Source of the DNA: an uncultured virus (IMG/VR IMGVR_UViG_3300021089_000001)
Taxonomy: Duplodnaviria; Heunggongvirae; Uroviricota; Caudoviricetes
Reading direction: 5' to 3' (one strand)
IMG/VR virus record: IMGVR_UViG_3300021089_000001
Length of the DNA: 64,000 bases
Shown here piece after piece: positions 59,736-64,000 of the stretch. The translations under genes were made by a program, and so were the position numbers. Below the pieces are notes generated by a model. The model was not told the DNA's origin. It worked only from the letters and a program-made list of their open reading frames with translations, and did not search any database. The number at the start of each line of letters is the position of its first letter. The stretch's first letter is position 1.

Positions 59736-60329
59736 ATGATCATCGGTATTTGTGGATTAATGGGTAGTGGTAAAGATACAATAGCTAACCATCTTATTCA
59801 AAAACATCAATTTAAAAAAATTTCATTCGCAGATAAATTAAAAGAATCTGTTGCTACAATGTTTGATTGGGATAGAACTATGCTTGACGGTCAAACAGAT
59901 GAAAGTAGACAATGGCGAGAAAAACCAGATGAATATTGGTCTAAAGAAGTAGGTCAATCTATTACTCCAAGATTTGTATTACAAAAATTTGGTACAGAAT
60001 GTATGCGTGATAATTTTTATGACGGTATATGGGTTAGTATGACTAAAAAGAAAATTTTAGATAATCCTAATACTAACTGGGTTGTTCCTGATGTTAGATT
60101 TGAAAATGAAGTTAAAATGATTAAAAGTATTAGTGGTCAAGTATGGTGGGTAAAAAGAGGTGAATTACCTACATGGTTTAGAGTTTATCAAGACATAGGT
60201 GTTGAACCTAAAGACGTACATCCTAGTGAATGGTCTTGGGCAAAAGCTAATTTTGATAAAATTTTAGACAATGATTCTACTGTAGATAATCTTAGAAATC
60301 AGGTACAAGATCACCTTGTTTCCATTTAA
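59736..60329 (+). CDS. Deoxynucleoside monophosphate kinase (T4 gp1-like)
   Basis: IIGICGLMGSGKDT P-loop, SFADKLK, TPRFVLQKFGTE, DVRFENE, HPSE. Confidence 0.93.
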   Translation: MIIGICGLMGSGKDTIANHLIQKHQFKKISFADKLKESVATMFDWDRTMLDGQTDESRQWREKPDEYWSKEVGQSITPRFVLQKFGTECMRDNFYDGIWVSMTKKKILDNPNTNWVVPDVRFENEVKMIKSISGQVWWVKRGELPTWFRVYQDIGVEPKDVHPSEWSWAKANFDKILDNDSTVDNLRNQVQDHLVSI

Positions 60330-60633
60330 ATCCATGTTTGTGTAAAGTTCTTTGACAGTTAGCACATACCGTTTTAAGGTTTTTAAAATTACAATTAGTT
60401 AAATGTCCGTCTATATGATAGACGTTAAACTGCTCTGATAGATCACTTTTATATCCACATTTATCGCATTTTGCTTTCATACGATATCCTGCATTAAACC
60501 ATTTAGGCATTCCATGACTTGTTCCGCCATACCTAATACAAGCCTCACATTTTTTTCTATAAAACGTTATATCCTTTTTATGATAGTTAATTGCACAAGG
60601 ATTCTTACGACAATGGTTACATAAAGGTCTCAT
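60292..60633 (-). CDS. Zn-finger/HNH-like protein
   Basis: Four CxxC pairs; HIDG...N...NLKTVCANC; overlaps the dNMP kinase convergently. Confidence 0.75.
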   Translation of the reverse strand: MRPLCNHCRKNPCAINYHKKDITFYRKKCEACIRYGGTSHGMPKWFNAGYRMKAKCDKCGYKSDLSEQFNVYHIDGHLTNCNFKNLKTVCANCQRTLHKHGFKWKQGDLVPDF

Positions 60634-60703
60634 ATAACGTATTTACCTGCCCTTTTCAGACCCTTTTGTAGACTTAATTATAGCTTACATTTCTTTGATA
60701 TAG

Positions 60704-60711
60704 TATAAATA
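60704..60711 (+). promoter_or_regulatory. Perfect late promoter TATAAATA of the tail sheath gene
   Basis: Exact consensus with SD AGGAG downstream. Confidence 0.8.
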
Positions 60712-60747
60712 ACGTTAACAAAGGAATTATAAGCAGGAGATTATAAA

Positions 60748-63700
60748 ATGGCATTAGTTTCACCAGGAGTACAAGTAAGCGTAATAGACGAAAGTTTCTA
60801 TACACCGGCCGAACCAGGCACGGTGCCAATGATATTTGTGGCAACAGCACAAGATAAAACATCAAGTTCAGGTACAGGTACAGCACAAGGTACATTAGCC
60901 GCAAACAGTGGTACAGTTTATCTTATGACATCACAAAGAGAATTAGCTGAAACATTTGGTGATCCAATTTTCAAAAAAGATGCAAATAATAATCCTATAC
61001 ACGCAGGTGAACTTAACGAATACGGTTTACAAGCGGCTTACTCATACTTAGGTGTAGCCAATAGAGCATATGTAACAAGAGCGGCAATTAATACAGCTGA
61101 ACTAGAAGCAAGTGCTACAACGGCAACTGCAAATCCTGAATCAGGAACTTACTGGATGGATACTGCAACTACAAAATATGGTATATTTACTTGGAATAGT
61201 AATGCATCATCTACTACAGGTGGTCAAACATTTACAAACATTATTCCAACAGTATTAACTGATACTACACATCTTTCAGGTGGAGCAGGTTCAATTCCTA
61301 AAACTTCATTTGGTGCACAAGGTGATTATGTAGTTAATGCTACAACTACGTACAATGATTTTTACTTCAAAGACTATGATAATTCTTGGGTTAATATAGG
61401 ATCAGCGGCTTGGAAAAAAGCCAATGCTACAGTAACAAGTACAATAGCAAATCCAACAGTTACAAATAGTAAAACAATGCTTATTAACAATACTCCAGTA
61501 ACATCAGGTGGTACAGATGTTGCGGCAGTTGTTACGGCAATTACTGGTAATGTTACAGGAATTACTGCTAGAGCAGTAGCAGGTAAATTAGAAATTTACA
61601 GTGACGGAACAGATGGTTCTTATGCAGATACAGTTGTTATAGCAAACGGTGGTGGTACTCCAGGATTAGAAATAGAATTAGGAATTACAGCAAGTACTTA
61701 CAATATGCCTCAATATAAAGATCAAGCTCATACTAGTGTTCCAGATTTCAAAAATCCAGCTGGTGGAAATGCTTCTTCAACAGGAAGACCAGCAGGTTCT
61801 ATTTGGCTTAAAACAACAACTCCTAATTTAGGAGCTGATGCAGAAATTAAAAAATTTAATGGTACTACTAAATTATGGGAAGATATAACAGCAACTTTAC
61901 ATTCAAGTGGTAACAATGCTATCTACAATTTAGATAGATCTGGTGGCGGAAATAGTCTTGCTGTTGGTACAATATATTTAAATCATAATAATGGTACAAC
62001 AGAATCAGACCTAAGACCATACAGAAGAGCAAATTCAGGTAACACATCAATTACTTCAAGTGTAATTGCAACGCAAGTAACAGGCGGTACATACGCATTT
62101 AATATTGCTGAATCAATAGTTGGTCAAGATGCAATGTCATCTGCGTCTACTATTTCAGTAACAACTACAGCGGCTACAACAGATGCTGATATTATTGCGG
62201 CAGGAATTAATGGTGCAGGAATGGTTAACGTTAGTGCAACTGTTGACAGTTTAAACAGAGTTGTAATTTCACACAATGACGGTGGTGAAATGCATATTAC
62301 TGATACTGGCGGAGTGTTAGCACTTGCTGGTTTCTCAAGCACAACAACTAATATGGAATATGAGCCAGGTACAGATGCGGCAACAAATCCTAAACAATGG
62401 AGAGCTTCTAACTGGAAAGTATTAACATATACAGCTTCAGCAACGGCTCCTACAGCACTTGCGGCAGATGGTCAACTTTGGTATTCTTCAATAATTGATT
62501 CCGTTGATATAATGGAACACACTGGTTCTAAATGGGATGGATATTTAACTGTAAATGCAGGAACAGATCCAGCAGGACCACAAGTAAAAGCTACAGCACC
62601 TACTACACAATCAGATGACACAGTACTTGTAGCAGGAGATATTTGGATTGATTCATCAGACTTAGAAAATTATCCTAAAATTAATAAATGGAATACAACT
62701 TCTCTTAAATGGGTTGCAGTAGATAACAGCGATCAAACAACAGAAGATGGAGTAGTATTTGCAGATGCTAGAAGTTCAACTGCAGGTGCAGATACAACAG
62801 ATGCTACAATTGTTGCTTTATTAACAAGTGATTATGTAGATACTGATGCTCCAGATCCAGCATTATATCCAAAAGGAACATTACTAGTCAACTTACGTAG
62901 AAGTGGATTTAATGTTAAGAGATTTGCAAGAAATTATGTAGATACTACAGCTAGTAACGTTAGAATGGCTAACGCATCAATGAGTGGTTACTATGCTCAC
63001 AGATGGGTTACAGAATCAGCTAATAATTCAGATGGTTCTGGTGCATTTGGACGACACTCACAAAGAAAAGTTGTTGTACAATCACTTCAAGCAATGGTTA
63101 ATAGCAACCAAGATATTAGAGATGATGAATCTAGAATATTCAATTTAGTTGCGGCTCCAGGTTATCCAGAATTAATTGGAGAACTAGTTAGCTTGAATAC
63201 TGACAGAGGATTATCAGCATTTATAGTTGGTGATGCTCCATTTAGATTATCTTCAGATTCAACATCATTAAGTAATTGGGCAACAAACATTAACTCAGCA
63301 ACTGAAGACAACGACAAAGGTCTTGTAACTTCAAATGATTATCTTGGAGTATTTTATCCATCAGGATTTACAAGCGATAACTTCGGTAAAAATGTAACTG
63401 TTCCAGCAAGTCACATGATGCTTAGAACGATTGCTTTAAGCGATCAAGTTTCTTTCCCATGGTTTGCTCCAGCAGGAACTAGAAGAGGTACTATTACAAA
63501 TGCTACTTCAACTGGTTATATTAATAGCGAAGGTGAATTTACTTCATCAGCATTAAATGAAGGTCAAAGAGATACATTATATTCTAATAATGTTAATCCA
63601 ATTACTTTCATAACAGGTGCAGGTTTAGTTAACTATGGACAAAAAACTAGATCAGGTGCAACATCATCTTTAGACAGAATTAATGTTTCAAGATTAGTAA

Positions 63701-63990
63701 TTTACATTAGAAGTCAATTAAACAAATTGGCTAGACCTTTTGTGTTTGAACCTAATGATAAAATTACAAGAGACGAAATTAAAGCTCAAGCAGACAGCCT
63801 ATTACTTGAATTAGTAGGTAACAGAGCATTATACGACTTCTTAGTAGTGTGTGATGAATCAAATAACACACCTGCAAGAATAGACAGAAACGAACTTTAT
63901 TTAGACATAGCAATAGAGCCAGTTAAAGCAGTGGAATTTATATACATTCCATTAAGACTTAAAAATACTGGTGAAATAGCAGGTTTATAA
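60748..63990 (+). CDS. gp18: Tail sheath protein (gp18 family) with large internal insertion
   Basis: LVSPGVQV..IDES, LAETFGDP, PWFAPAG..RG, DRINVSRL, FVFEPND, EFIYI. Confidence 0.97.
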   Translation: MALVSPGVQVSVIDESFYTPAEPGTVPMIFVATAQDKTSSSGTGTAQGTLAANSGTVYLMTSQRELAETFGDPIFKKDANNNPIHAGELNEYGLQAAYSYLGVANRAYVTRAAINTAELEASATTATANPESGTYWMDTATTKYGIFTWNSNASSTTGGQTFTNIIPTVLTDTTHLSGGAGSIPKTSFGAQGDYVVNATTTYNDFYFKDYDNSWVNIGSAAWKKANATVTSTIANPTVTNSKTMLINNTPVTSGGTDVAAVVTAITGNVTGITARAVAGKLEIYSDGTDGSYADTVVIANGGGTPGLEIELGITASTYNMPQYKDQAHTSVPDFKNPAGGNASSTGRPAGSIWLKTTTPNLGADAEIKKFNGTTKLWEDITATLHSSGNNAIYNLDRSGGGNSLAVGTIYLNHNNGTTESDLRPYRRANSGNTSITSSVIATQVTGGTYAFNIAESIVGQDAMSSASTISVTTTAATTDADIIAAGINGAGMVNVSATVDSLNRVVISHNDGGEMHITDTGGVLALAGFSSTTTNMEYEPGTDAATNPKQWRASNWKVLTYTASATAPTALAADGQLWYSSIIDSVDIMEHTGSKWDGYLTVNAGTDPAGPQVKATAPTTQSDDTVLVAGDIWIDSSDLENYPKINKWNTTSLKWVAVDNSDQTTEDGVVFADARSSTAGADTTDATIVALLTSDYVDTDAPDPALYPKGTLLVNLRRSGFNVKRFARNYVDTTASNVRMANASMSGYYAHRWVTESANNSDGSGAFGRHSQRKVVVQSLQAMVNSNQDIRDDESRIFNLVAAPGYPELIGELVSLNTDRGLSAFIVGDAPFRLSSDSTSLSNWATNINSATEDNDKGLVTSNDYLGVFYPSGFTSDNFGKNVTVPASHMMLRTIALSDQVSFPWFAPAGTRRGTITNATSTGYINSEGEFTSSALNEGQRDTLYSNNVNPITFITGAGLVNYGQKTRSGATSSLDRINVSRLVIYIRSQLNKLARPFVFEPNDKITRDEIKAQADSLLLELVGNRALYDFLVVCDESNNTPARIDRNELYLDIAIEPVKAVEFIYIPLRLKNTGEIAGL

Positions 63991-64000
63991 TAAGATAAAT

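Noticed and set aside
60292..60633. HNH gene as a mobile homing endonuclease
   Set aside because: It is short and Zn-finger dominated, is not inside an intron or interrupting a gene, and has its own late-type motif; mobility is unsupported.
1..64000. CRISPR arrays, tRNA/rRNA genes, IS elements
   Set aside because: No regularly spaced repeats, cloverleaf sequences or transposases seen; intergenic gaps are short.
1..64000. Stop-codon reassignment or selenocysteine use
   Set aside because: Genes are full length in the standard code, and TAG (e.g. 10364, 36023) and TGA (55654) act as normal stops.

Overview
This window is an AT-rich, densely coding 64-kb segment of a large T4-superfamily myovirus, probably aquatic; the host cannot be determined from it. 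It holds most of the virion morphogenesis region. In order: the end of a tape-measure-like gene; the head module (gp20, core, gp21, gp22, gp23); a small island with membrane proteins, a lipoprotein and a truncated Zn-type HemB; about 43 kb of paralogous tail-fibre/baseplate-associated genes; an inverted gp14-gp15 operon that continues into ADP-heptose synthesis genes; then gp13, dNMP kinase, an HNH/Zn-finger gene and a long gp18 sheath. Most gene blocks are preceded by a (A)TAAATA T4-type late-promoter motif. Five observations stand out. (1) Helical domains in two giant fibre proteins resemble phycobiliproteins and several keep the bilin-attachment K-C-x-R-D motif, in a genome that also carries hemB. 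(2) The fibre proteins are built by recursive, nested in-frame domain insertions. (3) A putative virion-glycosylation system is present (HldE/HldD, two GT9-like transferases, a carbamoyltransferase and a Maf/Cst-like transferase). (4) Three Cys-rich polyglycine adhesin-like paralogs lie in tandem. (5) A catalytically dead esterase is grafted into a virion protein. All assignments come from motif recognition by eye; no database searches were run.
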